A stretch of DNA of 52,817 bases, from positions 1 through 52,817 of the forward strand of contig JAUVRX010000001.1 in the NCBI GenBank assembly GCA_030597375.1, written 5' to 3'. Both the position numbers and the translations under genes were made by a program. This document shows, piece after piece, positions 1 through 10,286 of this stretch (the stretch's first letter is position 1; each line of letters begins with the position of its first letter). This DNA comes from Acidobacteriota bacterium. GTDB taxonomy: Bacteria > Acidobacteriota > Thermoanaerobaculia > Multivoradales > JAHEKO01. Below the pieces are notes generated by a model. That model had not been told where the DNA came from. It did not search any database and saw nothing but the letters and a program-made list of their open reading frames with translations.

Positions 1-1
1 C

Positions 2-163
2 AGTGGGCTGTCATGCCTACACGGTTGGTGGATGAGCGAGGCATCGGGTTCGAGCTCAAGGCGCGCCGACACAGGCATAGCGGGACTATGTCGAGGAGGC
101 GCAACGCCGAGATCGGACTCGAGGGCCACTCAGGCTCCAAGGGTGTAGGCATGACAGTCCACT
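2..163 (+). repeat. Long-range inverted repeat (arms 2-22 / 143-163) enclosing ~120 nt of non-coding GC-rich sequence; MITE-like element or structured ncRNA of unknown class
   Basis: Hand pairing: AGTGGGCTGTCATGCCTACAC (2-22) pairs with 163-143 at all 21 positions if g7:t158 counts as G-U (favours a + strand RNA). Inner hairpin GGCG-CAA-CGCC at 98-108. No ORF with an RBS. The left flank is cut by the window edge. Confidence 0.4.
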
Positions 164-217
164 CGATGCCGTGGGGCTCATGAATCATGCGGGCTAGAGG
201 CATTCCCGGTCGGCCGA

Positions 218-245
218 TCGACAGGCTGGGCACATTGGATAGAAT
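218..245 (+). promoter_or_regulatory. Candidate sigma-70 promoter for the DUF2911 gene
   Basis: TCGACA (218-223), 16-nt spacer, TAGAAT (240-245), ~90 nt upstream of ATG 334. Motif match by eye only. Confidence 0.3.
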
Positions 246-333
246 CCGCCCGACGTTCGAAAACATGGGGTCGACGCTCAGACTGCGCTCGTCACCGCCA
301 AGCAATACGAATCGAGGACAAGGAGAAACTGCA

Positions 334-942
334 ATGAAACTAGCAAAGACCCCGTGGACACTGATGACTGCCTTGTTGTTCCTTGGCACCTGGATCTCGG
401 CTGTCAGCGTTGAAGCCCAGGATCTGCATCCCTCTCGTCGGCCGAGCCCGACAAGCATCGCGCGCACCTTCGTCGGCGACACCTATGTGAAGGTCGTCTA
501 CAGCAGGCCCTACAAGAGGGGCCGGGACAACATTTTCGGTACCGAGGAGAGCGAGGCACTGGTGCCCTTTGGGAAGATCTGGCGAACCGGAGCCAACGAA
601 GCAACCGAGATCACGCTCACCGACGATGTACTGATCGGCGACCAGAAGCTGTCAGCTGGGACCTACTCGATCTTCACCGTACCAGGCGCTGAGCACTGGA
701 CAGTACAGTTCAACTCGGTTTTGGGCCTGTCGGGCACCGGGCGGTTCGATCCGGAGACCCGGAAGTTCGAGGCTGTCGACCTGTCGACTTCCGTCGTACT
801 CGCCTACACCGCACCTGCGGCAAGCCTCGAGGAGGAGGTCGATCAATTCACCATCGCTTTCGAGCCCAGCGATGCGGGCGCCGACATGTGCATGCGTTGG
901 ATCACGACCGAGGTGTGCGTTCCCGTCGCCGCCACCGATTAG
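334..942 (+). CDS. Secreted DUF2911 domain protein
   Basis: ORF 187..942 trimmed to ATG 334, which has AGGAGA at 321-326. Signal peptide MKLAKTPWTLMTALLFLGTWISAVSVEA. DUF2911-like core VVYSRPYKRGRDNIFG...LVPFGKIWRTGANEATEITL...AGTYSIFTVP. Confidence 0.85.
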   Translation: MKLAKTPWTLMTALLFLGTWISAVSVEAQDLHPSRRPSPTSIARTFVGDTYVKVVYSRPYKRGRDNIFGTEESEALVPFGKIWRTGANEATEITLTDDVLIGDQKLSAGTYSIFTVPGAEHWTVQFNSVLGLSGTGRFDPETRKFEAVDLSTSVVLAYTAPAASLEEEVDQFTIAFEPSDAGADMCMRWITTEVCVPVAATD

Positions 943-2223
943 GTGCCCGGTCCCGTCACAGAGGCTCCAGCCGAGGTTGGGGGTTACGCTTTGAAGCTGC
1001 AGAGCTTCTCCGAGCGGACTCTTCTTCCTCGGCTCGAGCCGCCGACTCGGGATTTCATTCTGGGCCTGGCCATGGCCTACCGTTTCACCTTTCAGGAGCT
1101 ACGGCAGGTCGCCCAGGCCGCTCGAGATCTAGAGATGTGGTGCGAGGAGCCTCTCGAGCCCCTTTGGCTCCGTCTCGATTCCGCCGCAACGGGCACCGGT
1201 CGCGAGCGCAAGAAGGCTCTGCTCGGGAGTCTGCAGAGACATCTCCTCGAATTGAGCCGAGGTCCCAAGGCTTATCCAGACGAGGGTCTCGCCGCACCTG
1301 CCTACCGACGAGTTCGCCTCGAGGAGCGCCAGACAGACAAAGAGATCTTCGGCCTCTGTCCTGCTTACTCGGATCGGACTGTCTGTTGCGGCCTCTACAC
1401 GCTCGATGCCGTTCGGGGTTGCCCGTTTGGCTGCAGCTACTGCACGATTCAGACCTTCTACGGCGAGGCTGCCGAGCTCGAAGCCGACCTCTCTACGAAG
1501 CTCGCGGCCATCGAGCTGGATCCTGATCGCCGCTACCACATCGGTACTGGGCAGTCCTCGGACTCACTGGTCTGGGGCAACCGTCTGGACCATCTCGAGT
1601 CCCTCCTCGGATTCGCCGCCGATCACCCGAACGTCCTGCTCGAGCTCAAGACGAAATCGGACAACATTCGGTATCTCCTGGATAGACAGGTGCCCGAGAA
1701 CGTGGTCTGCAGCTGGTCGCTCAGCACCGACACCCTGATTCGCAACGAGGAGCACGGCACGGCGAGTTTGAGACGGCGCCTGGATGCCGCCGGATCGGTG
1801 GCAGACGCGGGCATTCCGGTGGCCTTTCACTTTCATCCCATGGTCCACTATCTCGACTGGCGAGACGAGTACAGCGCGGTCGCCCGACAACTGGTGGAGC
1901 GCTTCAACCCTACCGAGGTGGCTTTCCTGTCCATGGGCTCGGTCACTCTCATCAAGCCCGTCATCAAGGAGATTCGCCAAAGGGGCGGCGAGACGAAGAT
2001 CCTGCAGATGGAGCTCGTGCCGGACGCCCACGGCAAGCTGACCTACCCCGACGCCATCAAACTGGAGCTCTTTCAACACCTCTACCGAGAGCTCTCTGCC
2101 TGGCATGGCAAGGTGTTCTTCTATCTCTGCATGGAGCCTTCTCATATCTGGGAGCAGACCTTCGGACATGCCTATGAGTCCAATGAGGCATTCGAAGAGG
2201 ACTTCCTCGGAGCACTGCTATGA
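943..2223 (+). CDS. Radical SAM protein, spore-photoproduct-lyase / DNA-photolyase-like (COG1533-like)
   Basis: CX3CX2C cluster motif in VRGCPFGCSYCTIQTFY, resembling the SplB GCxGxCxYC context. GTG 943 directly abuts the upstream stop. Alternative start ATG 1072. Confidence 0.7.
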   Translation: MPGPVTEAPAEVGGYALKLQSFSERTLLPRLEPPTRDFILGLAMAYRFTFQELRQVAQAARDLEMWCEEPLEPLWLRLDSAATGTGRERKKALLGSLQRHLLELSRGPKAYPDEGLAAPAYRRVRLEERQTDKEIFGLCPAYSDRTVCCGLYTLDAVRGCPFGCSYCTIQTFYGEAAELEADLSTKLAAIELDPDRRYHIGTGQSSDSLVWGNRLDHLESLLGFAADHPNVLLELKTKSDNIRYLLDRQVPENVVCSWSLSTDTLIRNEEHGTASLRRRLDAAGSVADAGIPVAFHFHPMVHYLDWRDEYSAVARQLVERFNPTEVAFLSMGSVTLIKPVIKEIRQRGGETKILQMELVPDAHGKLTYPDAIKLELFQHLYRELSAWHGKVFFYLCMEPSHIWEQTFGHAYESNEAFEEDFLGALL

Positions 2224-2558
2224 ACTTCCTTCGACTTCTGCCTGTGATCCTCAGTCTGCTGCTGCTGGGGGCCCATTTCTCGCGACACAACCTCGGTTTC
2301 CTCATCGTCCTGCCTCTGGTGATGCTGGGACTCCTCTTCCTACGCCAGCCCTGGGTGGCACGCCTGGCTCAGTGGATGCTCGCTCTCGCCTCCCTCGAGT
2401 GGCTGCGCACCGCCGTGGTCTTGGCGCTGCAGAGACAGCGCCTTGAAATGCCCTGGGCCCGATCGGCGCTCATTCTCGGAGCCGTCTGCCTCTTCACCCT
2501 CGCTTCGGCCCTGGTCTTTCGCAGCGACGGGCTTCGCGCTCGGTATCGACTCGACTGA
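2220..2558 (+). CDS. Small integral membrane protein (about 4 hydrophobic helices), unknown function
   Basis: ATGA start/stop overlap with the radical SAM gene implies translational coupling. Sequence is almost entirely hydrophobic helices (LLPVILSLLLLGAHF, FLIVLPLVMLGLLFL, etc.). Confidence 0.6.
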   Translation: MNFLRLLPVILSLLLLGAHFSRHNLGFLIVLPLVMLGLLFLRQPWVARLAQWMLALASLEWLRTAVVLALQRQRLEMPWARSALILGAVCLFTLASALVFRSDGLRARYRLD

Positions 2559-2712
2559 GGGCTATCTGAAGCAGACCCAGCTGCTAGACTTCTCCCGTAT
2601 CTCCCAGTGAGAAGCTCTCAGTGACAAGGGATTGTCCATCCAGGACGTTACAGGCACCGAGGGGCGCCACCCCGAATCGGCCCCTCACCTGCCGCTCTCG
2701 TAGGTTCATGCC

Positions 2713-4266
2713 GTGATCAACGAGCCGATTCCGGTCATCGTCCATCTGTCCGGTGTTCGCCGCGGGACGACCCAGCGATTGCGTGGCGGCATCCTTCGCA
2801 TCGGCGTCAATCCGGAGGTGGAAGTTCGGGTCTCACCAGAGCCCTGTGTCGCCGATCGTCACGCCACCCTCCACCGTAGGGAGGAGACCTACGAGCTTCT
2901 GGTCGAGCCAGGCGAAGAGGTCTGGATCAACGGCGAGCCCAAGCAGGAAGCCCTCCTTGCATCTGGCGACCTCCTGGAGATCGGCCGTGACGGACCGATC
3001 CTCCGGTTCCGGCTCTATCCTCCCGGCTCGGACGCGTCGAAGACCTTCACCGAGGCCTTTTCGGATTGCCTCGACTGCGCCCGCTACAGCACCGATTCCA
3101 ATTTCCGCCGAGCCGCACTCTTCCTGACAGGTGCCCCCAAGGAGATGGCAACCCAGACATCCCTGACCTTTCGCATCACCATGGTCCTACTGCTGGGCTT
3201 GCTCGTTCTGGCGATCGGTTACCTGACGTTTCGAAGCCTCAGTCTCGAGCACCGTCTGGCGGAGGAAGCGCTACGAGTCGAGGGAATTTCACAGCTTCTG
3301 GAGGGCGAAGACAATCAGGGGCTTACCCCACAGGACCTCGAGGCGGTTCGATTCGACCTCTCGACAGCGCTCGAGCGGGTGCGGGCACTCGAGGACCGGT
3401 CCGAGGCTCCGGCCAGGGTCGTCTCGGGCGCTTCCCGGTCTATCGTTCTCCTTCAGGGCGCCTTCGGCTTCATCGAGCCCTCGAGCGGTCAGCCGCTCCG
3501 ATTCATGGGTGTCGGAGAGGATGGCCTGCCCCTTCGCGACCCCGACGGATCGCCTCTCGTCGGCCTCGGCGGCGACGGTCCGATCCTCGAGTCCTTCTTT
3601 ACCGGTACTGCCTTTGTCGTCACGGCCGACGGGCTGCTGCTGACGAATCGCCACGTGGTCCTGCCCTGGGAGTTCGAGGACGCAGCGAAGATGGTGATGG
3701 CTCAAGGTCTGGAGCCGATCATGCGACGGCTCCAGGGATATCTTCCTGGCGTTGCCGAGGCCTTCCAGGTCAGCCTCGTGCTCGCGAGTGAAACGGCAGA
3801 CCTGGCTGTGCTGGCATGCAGTGGCATCACGGGTACCGTGCCCGTTCTACCCCTTTCCCAGCGCTCACCGGACGGCGGAGAGGAAGTCATCGTCCTGGGG
3901 TACCCCACCGGAATCCGGGCGCTGTTGGCCAGGGCCGACGAGGCGTTCGTGGGCGAGCTGATGCGAAATCAAGACCTGGACTTCTGGGCCGTGGCGGAGC
4001 TCCTGGCCCGCGAAGGACATATCGCTCCTCTCGCCAGCCGAGGCATCGTCGCACAGGTGACACAGACGGCTGTCGTCTACGACGCCGAAACGACTCGCGG
4101 GGGCAGCGGGGGGCCGGTTCTGGACCTGGACGGGCGGGTTGTCGCAGTCACCACGGCCATCGTGCCGGAGTTCGGCGGCTCCAATCTCGGCGTTCCTGCA
4201 GAGCGAGCTCGAGAACTGGTATTCCTGGCCATCCTTCGTCGGCTCCCGCCGATCCACTTTCATTGA
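2713..4266 (+). CDS. FHA-like domain / single TM helix / coiled segment / trypsin-like (S1, Trypsin_2-type) serine protease
   Basis: N-terminal FHA-like region (RIGVNPEVEV...VADRHATL...WINGEP...ILRFRL). TM helix SLTFRITMVLLLGLLVLAIGYLTF. Catalytic triad context TNRHVV / ADLAVLA / TRGGSGGPVLDLDGRVVAVTTA. GTG start has a weak RBS and is uncertain. Confidence 0.8.
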   Translation: MINEPIPVIVHLSGVRRGTTQRLRGGILRIGVNPEVEVRVSPEPCVADRHATLHRREETYELLVEPGEEVWINGEPKQEALLASGDLLEIGRDGPILRFRLYPPGSDASKTFTEAFSDCLDCARYSTDSNFRRAALFLTGAPKEMATQTSLTFRITMVLLLGLLVLAIGYLTFRSLSLEHRLAEEALRVEGISQLLEGEDNQGLTPQDLEAVRFDLSTALERVRALEDRSEAPARVVSGASRSIVLLQGAFGFIEPSSGQPLRFMGVGEDGLPLRDPDGSPLVGLGGDGPILESFFTGTAFVVTADGLLLTNRHVVLPWEFEDAAKMVMAQGLEPIMRRLQGYLPGVAEAFQVSLVLASETADLAVLACSGITGTVPVLPLSQRSPDGGEEVIVLGYPTGIRALLARADEAFVGELMRNQDLDFWAVAELLAREGHIAPLASRGIVAQVTQTAVVYDAETTRGGSGGPVLDLDGRVVAVTTAIVPEFGGSNLGVPAERARELVFLAILRRLPPIHFH

Positions 4267-4325
4267 GGCACGAGGCTCGATGGATCTCCTGAACCATCTC
4301 CGCTGAACCCTGCATAGGAAGACTC

Positions 4326-5048
4326 GTGAGTCCAGACAAGCGTAAGTCTCGGGGCCCCCATCCGAAGGATGAATCCTGCTTTTCGGCCGCGACCCTGCCG
4401 CTCCTGCGCACCGCGGTCGACGATCTCTCCTGGCTCCTGTCCCGCGGCTATTCGATGAAGGCCTCCCTGAAACTGGTCGGTGACCACCATCGCCTGCGCG
4501 ATCGCCAGAGAAAGGCCCTCCAAAGGTGTGCGGCCAGTGACCGGAACTGTGCCAACCGGCAGCGGCGCCTCATGGCACCCGAAGCCATGATCGGAGAGAC
4601 CATCGCTGTCGATGGATACAATGTGCTGCTGACCGTCGAGGCGGCTCTCTCGGGAGGAGTCCTCCTGCTGGCGCGCGACGGCGCTCTTCGAGACCTTGCC
4701 GCCATGAGCCACCACTACCGTCGAGTCCATGCCACCCGACAGGCGGTGGAGCTGATCTCGAGCTATCTCGACACAGCCGGCTGTGCCAGGGTGCTCTGGT
4801 ACCTCGATCGCCCCATCTCCAACAGTGGTCGCCTCAAGAGCCTGATCGAGGAAGTTGTCGCGGCGGCCGACTCGCCGTGGCGGGTGGAGCTCACAGACCA
4901 GACCGATCGACTCCTGAAGGAGTCCCCTCACGTCGTGGCTACAGCCGACAGTGCGATTCTGGACAGCTGCAATCGGTGGGTCAATCTCGCCCGCGAGGTG
5001 GTGCGCCACTCGATCCCAGGCGCCTCGATTCTCGACCTCGGCTCCTGA
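4326..5048 (+). CDS. DUF434 family protein with a C-terminal uncharacterised (DUF5616-like) domain
   Basis: N-terminus RGPHPKDE...LLRTAVDDLSWLLSRGYSMKASLKLVGDHHRLRDRQRKAL matches my memory of the DUF434 signature. Lies 59 nt after the protease gene on the same strand. Confidence 0.6.
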   Translation: MSPDKRKSRGPHPKDESCFSAATLPLLRTAVDDLSWLLSRGYSMKASLKLVGDHHRLRDRQRKALQRCAASDRNCANRQRRLMAPEAMIGETIAVDGYNVLLTVEAALSGGVLLLARDGALRDLAAMSHHYRRVHATRQAVELISSYLDTAGCARVLWYLDRPISNSGRLKSLIEEVVAAADSPWRVELTDQTDRLLKESPHVVATADSAILDSCNRWVNLAREVVRHSIPGASILDLGS

Positions 5049-5187
5049 TCAGGCCCGGCGGCGAACCCTGGGGCCTGGGATGCCTCCCCCGGACCGGCAC
5101 TCTCGGTGAGCTCCCGCACGCGCCTTCGGGATCTGCTGGTGTCGCCGTTCATGGCCAGCCGCTCTGGGCTCGCGGAGGGGCTCGGAT

Positions 5188-6423
5188 CTACGGCAGCGAA
5201 GAGACCGACACTGGCATCAGATTCCAGGTGAATCGGCTCAGCCCGTCTGTGTAGCGGTGAATGACCTGGCGCTCGGCAAGGCCGTCATGCCAGACGTAGC
5301 GACGGATCTCGCCGTCTCGGTCGCTGGCGACGTACAGCTCATCGACGCCGTCTTCATCCAGATCGGTCAGGATCGCCGCATGCTCGAATCCCGACGAGTC
5401 CTTGTCGATGGACTCTACAGACCAGGTCGGCTCACCGGGTCTGAGCAGCCAGAGACCGCTCTTGAATGCCCCAGCGACGATCTCCTTGTCGCCATCACCA
5501 TCGACATCCCCGGCGGTCAGGAATCGGCAAAGGGTGTCATCCAAGACCGCGATCACCGTGCCGCCAGTCGGATCGGTGTCGGCATCGTATCGACGAATCT
5601 CGACGTCGCCGCCCGAGACCGCCTCTACCGAGACGTAGAGCTCATCGGTGCCATCACCGTCGACGTCGGCCACCAGGATCTCCTTGGCGTGCCGGTCACC
5701 TAGATCCGCCACCACCGTTCTACCTTCGTCCGCCGCGGGGATGTAGCGCACAACCTTGCCCGGCTGTGGCGTACCGTCCATCTTGTTGGGCTCACTCGGG
5801 GTAGCATAGACCTCGAGAACCCCGTCGCCGTCGAGGTCTCCGATTTCGATCTCATGAACGAAGGTGTTCGCTTCCCGATCCAGTTCCTCAACCGTGAATC
5901 CACCTTCTGAATCGGGCCGCAGCACTTCCACGACGCCCTGATCGTGGGTCGCCACGGCGATCGAGGCCAGTCCATCCCCGAAGATGTCGGCCACCTCGGC
6001 ATCCCGCATTCGGCTGAACTTACCGCCGAAGTCCGCCTCCCAGATCACAGTCGGGTCGACACCCCCAACCAGGTACTTGACCACCGCCCGAGTTCCACCG
6101 AAAGTGAGAACCCCGTCGGACCCGGCTCCGGAACTGTAGGCCATCGCTTTGTGGAAGACGTTGCTATCGGGATCTTCGAGGAATCGATAGGTCCAGCCTC
6201 TGTCACCGGCAGTCAAGATGCCCAACCGTGCAGGCTGTGGCAGGGGCTTGCCGTCGGCATCCTTGTCCAGCACGGCGAGGGACACCAGGATTCCATTGGG
6301 CAAGGGCTCCTGGCTCACAACTTCCTCTTTCACGGGTTCAGCAGTCTCCTTGGGTCCACATGCCATGACCCAGACCGTCGACAACAAGCTGGCTGCGAGC
6401 ACAAACGAAGTAGATCGATTCAT
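5188..6423 (-). CDS. FG-GAP/VCBS repeat lipoprotein
   Basis: Lipoprotein signal MNRSTSFVLAASLLSTVWVMAC. Repeated Ca-binding-type motifs GDLDGDGVLEVY, ADVDGDGTDELYV, GDVDGDGDKEIV, TDLDEDGVDELYV. Confidence 0.8.
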   Translation of the reverse strand: MNRSTSFVLAASLLSTVWVMACGPKETAEPVKEEVVSQEPLPNGILVSLAVLDKDADGKPLPQPARLGILTAGDRGWTYRFLEDPDSNVFHKAMAYSSGAGSDGVLTFGGTRAVVKYLVGGVDPTVIWEADFGGKFSRMRDAEVADIFGDGLASIAVATHDQGVVEVLRPDSEGGFTVEELDREANTFVHEIEIGDLDGDGVLEVYATPSEPNKMDGTPQPGKVVRYIPAADEGRTVVADLGDRHAKEILVADVDGDGTDELYVSVEAVSGGDVEIRRYDADTDPTGGTVIAVLDDTLCRFLTAGDVDGDGDKEIVAGAFKSGLWLLRPGEPTWSVESIDKDSSGFEHAAILTDLDEDGVDELYVASDRDGEIRRYVWHDGLAERQVIHRYTDGLSRFTWNLMPVSVSSLP

Positions 6424-6544
6424 GACAATTGCCTCGAGGTTGGATTCCTGGACGGACTCCTCGTCGGCAAGGGTATGCCGAATCAGTTCCAGCCCAGTCC
6501 GTAGATCATAGAAAGCCCGGCAAGAGGTTTCAATACCTGGCGCC

Positions 6545-7129
6545 TCAAAACGGTGGCGCTTCCAGGTCGATCTCTTTGAGCTGCTGCAGCTCTACCTCGC
6601 GCTCTGAAAGGTATCTGGACAGCAGGGCAACCTCACTACGGAGGTGCTGAATGCGCTCCTCGAGACCCTGAACTTCATCGTTCTTGTAGCCGACCTCCGA
6701 TTCGGTCCTGGCAAGATCCTCCTGAAGCCTCGAGAGCTCGGCAAGCAGCGCCTGGATGAGCTGGCGACGGGAAGCCATCACAGCTCCAAGACTGACCACT
6801 TCCTCATGCAGGTCCAGCATCGCTTGGGCCGCCAGCGAGTACTCCCCATCTGGGTCCTCCGCCAGAAGGCGCTCGAGTACCCTCACGGACTTCGCAGGAT
6901 CGTACAGAGAGCTAGCCGACGAACCATAGGTCACGGCCAGCCGATACAGAGCTCGGGAGGTGGCTGGCCCGGCCTCCGGGTCAGACGAGAGGTAGGACTC
7001 ATAGGCTCTCGCGGCCTGTGTGTACTCACCGGCTTCGAACAGGTCGTCAGCCTGCCGCACGACGCTGGCGCAGCTCCAGGCTACCCACGAGATCAACACC
7101 ATCCAGCCTATTCTTTTGGCAATCACCAC
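6545..7129 (-). CDS. TPR-like plus coiled-coil lipoprotein (YbgF/CpoB-like architecture)
   Basis: ORF 6545..7432 trimmed to GTG 7129 (or 7126 / ATG 7102) because upstream codons overlap the kinase 3' end. Signal plus lipobox VVIAKRIGWMVLISWVAWSC. TPR-like ADDLFEAGEYTQAARAYESYL. Heptad-rich C-terminus. Confidence 0.65.
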   Translation of the reverse strand: MVIAKRIGWMVLISWVAWSCASVVRQADDLFEAGEYTQAARAYESYLSSDPEAGPATSRALYRLAVTYGSSASSLYDPAKSVRVLERLLAEDPDGEYSLAAQAMLDLHEEVVSLGAVMASRRQLIQALLAELSRLQEDLARTESEVGYKNDEVQGLEERIQHLRSEVALLSRYLSEREVELQQLKEIDLEAPPF

Positions 7130-7139
7130 GGTCCCCTGA

Positions 7140-8599
7140 TCACTCCGCGACCGGGAGGGTGAAGGAGAAGATGCTTCCCCAGCCCTCCTGATCCCTGACG
7201 CTAATGGAACCCCCATGAGCCTCGATGATCTCACGGCAGATCGCCAGGCCCAACCCCACTCCCCTATCCCCACCTTCAGACTTCTTTCCGGCCACCTGAT
7301 AAAAACGCTCGAAGATCCGCTCCTTCTCTTCGTCTGGGACCCCTGGTCCTCGATCCCTGACCTCGACGAACGCAACGCCCTTCTGCGAGTTGGCAATCTG
7401 GAATGGGTGAATGGCGATCTCGATCGAATCACCCGGAGAGGAGAACTTCAGTCCGTTGTCGACCAGATTGCCAACTACCTGGATGATCCGGTCGTGGTCG
7501 CAATCCACGGGGACCCGATGCTCCGGCTGGATCAACTCGATGCCGACCTGTACCTCTCGAGAACGGGCCTCGAAGCCGTTCACTGCGGTCGTGACGATGT
7601 CCACCAGATCATGTCTTCGGAGCTCGTACTCCATGACGCCCGCTTCCAACTGCGACAGGTCCAACAGCCTCGAGATCATCGATGAGAGGCGCAGGCTACT
7701 CTCCAGGTTGAGCGTCAGGAAGCGCCTTTGTCTGTCGTTCAGGGGTCCTGGGATTTCCTCCAGCAGGAGCTCGTTCGTCTCCTGCATGGAAACCAGGGGC
7801 GTCTTGAGCTCGTGGGAGACATGCGAGAGGAAATCCTTCTTGACCTGATCCAGCTCGGCGAGTCGCCGAACCATCTGATTGAAGCTCTCTGCCAGTATGC
7901 CGAATTCGTCATTCCCGGAGCTGTCGAGCTGCAGGGTGAGATCGCCATCGGCTACGGCCCGGGTGCCCCCCGCTAGCCGTTTCAGAGGTCTCTGAATCGA
8001 TCGCACCGTGAGCCATAGAATCACCAGGCTCACAGTCATGGCGACGGACACCACCACCCAGGACACCCTTTCCGCCTGCCGGCTGGCGAGTGCCGACCGC
8101 TCGGCCACCCGAGAGACCGCCATCTGAGCCGCGTCATCGACCCGGCGAACCTGCTGCTGCAGCTCGTCCAATCTGGCCAGCAACTCATCCACGCGCGCCC
8201 GATAGTTGGATTCCCTCTCCTCTGGAGGTCCCTGAAAGGCCGTCGCCGATCTCCAGTAGCCGGCCCAGAGGCTGTTCAGTCTGCCGACCTCGGTACGCTC
8301 CTCGTCGGACAGACGCAAGGCGGACATCTCGGCCAATTGTCCTGCGAAGGACTCATGCAGCTCTCGCAGACGCTGGTCGTAGGCTTCGTCCCCGGTAACC
8401 GAGTACTTGCGAGTGAACTCGTCGATGCGATTCAGCAGACCATCCTGTTCCAGGGCCAGTACCGAGGTCCGGAACCTGACCTGTGAAAGCTCCTGCGCTA
8501 CCTCGGCGAGCTTTCTGATGGTTGCCAGATCCCAGGCTAGCACTCCCAACAGAAGCACCACAGCGATCCCGGTTCCGGTGGCTATCCTGCCGGTGACCT

Positions 8600-8603
<4 letters not shown>
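7140..8603 (-). CDS. Sensor histidine kinase (TM - helical periplasmic sensor - TM - HAMP - HisKA - HATPase)
   Basis: ATG 8603 overlaps the regulator stop (ATGA). H-box FLSHVSHELKTPL. HAMP RSIQRPLKRLAGGTRAVADGDLT. G-boxes DRGPGVP, GVGLGLAICREIIEAHGG. Confidence 0.9.
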
Positions 8604-9973
<1,370 letters not shown>

Positions 9974-10055
9974 CAAGCACCCCTTCACGATCTGCTCATC
10001 CGTTGACAAATGACCATCAGACCGAGCCGATTCAGCAGTGGCAAGGATAGCACCA

Positions 10056-10118
10056 GGGAAAACTTCCCCTCTCCTGACCCAGATGAGACCATTCCCGCCA
10101 AACCGGGGAACAATTCCC
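10056..10118. promoter_or_regulatory. Two copies of the palindrome GGGAA-N3-TTCCC (10056-10068, 10106-10118), candidate enhancer (UAS) sites
   Basis: GGGAAAACTTCCC and GGGAACAATTCCC have centres 50 bp apart. They lie ~145 and ~95 bp upstream of the sigma-54 -24 element, a typical bEBP geometry. Function is inferred only. Confidence 0.35.
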
Positions 10119-10204
10119 TTACCAGGGAGAGCCCGACGCGGTCCTGATCCAAGCTCGTGACGCAAGTCCCTGATTCGATGTGAGATAGCTCCTTGCCTTG
10201 CCTT

Positions 10205-10220
10205 TGGCATGAAGGTTGCT
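10205..10220 (+). promoter_or_regulatory. Sigma-54 (-24/-12) promoter
   Basis: TGGCATG-AAGG-TTGCT versus consensus TGGCACG-N4-TTGCW, with correct spacing and one mismatch. Lies 66 nt upstream of the bactofilin GTG and next to a divergent sigma-54 activator gene. Confidence 0.55.
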
Positions 10221-10286
10221 TTTGGAGTAGGCTCCACAACCGGGAGAACTGTACGCAATCAACCCGTCTCAGGAGGACCAATCAAG

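Noticed and set aside
2-163. Retron msr-msd (a1/a2 inverted repeats) interpretation of the left-edge element
   Set aside because: No reverse transcriptase gene follows; the next gene is a secreted DUF2911 protein. The upstream side is not visible, so this is rejected only for the downstream arrangement.
187-333. 49-codon N-terminal extension of the DUF2911 ORF
   Set aside because: ATG 334 has a good RBS and starts a canonical signal peptide. The extension overlaps the candidate promoter.
7130-7432. Upstream extension of ORF 6545..7432 overlapping the histidine-kinase 3' end
   Set aside because: The extension is R/S-rich junk in a different frame of the HATPase domain. A lipoprotein signal begins right after the kinase stop (GTG 7129).
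9974-10258. 95-codon N-terminal extension of the response-regulator ORF
   Set aside because: The REC domain starts at MTRDKLKVLVVDDE (ATG 9973). The extension has no features and would run through the palindromes and the sigma-54 promoter of the divergent operon.
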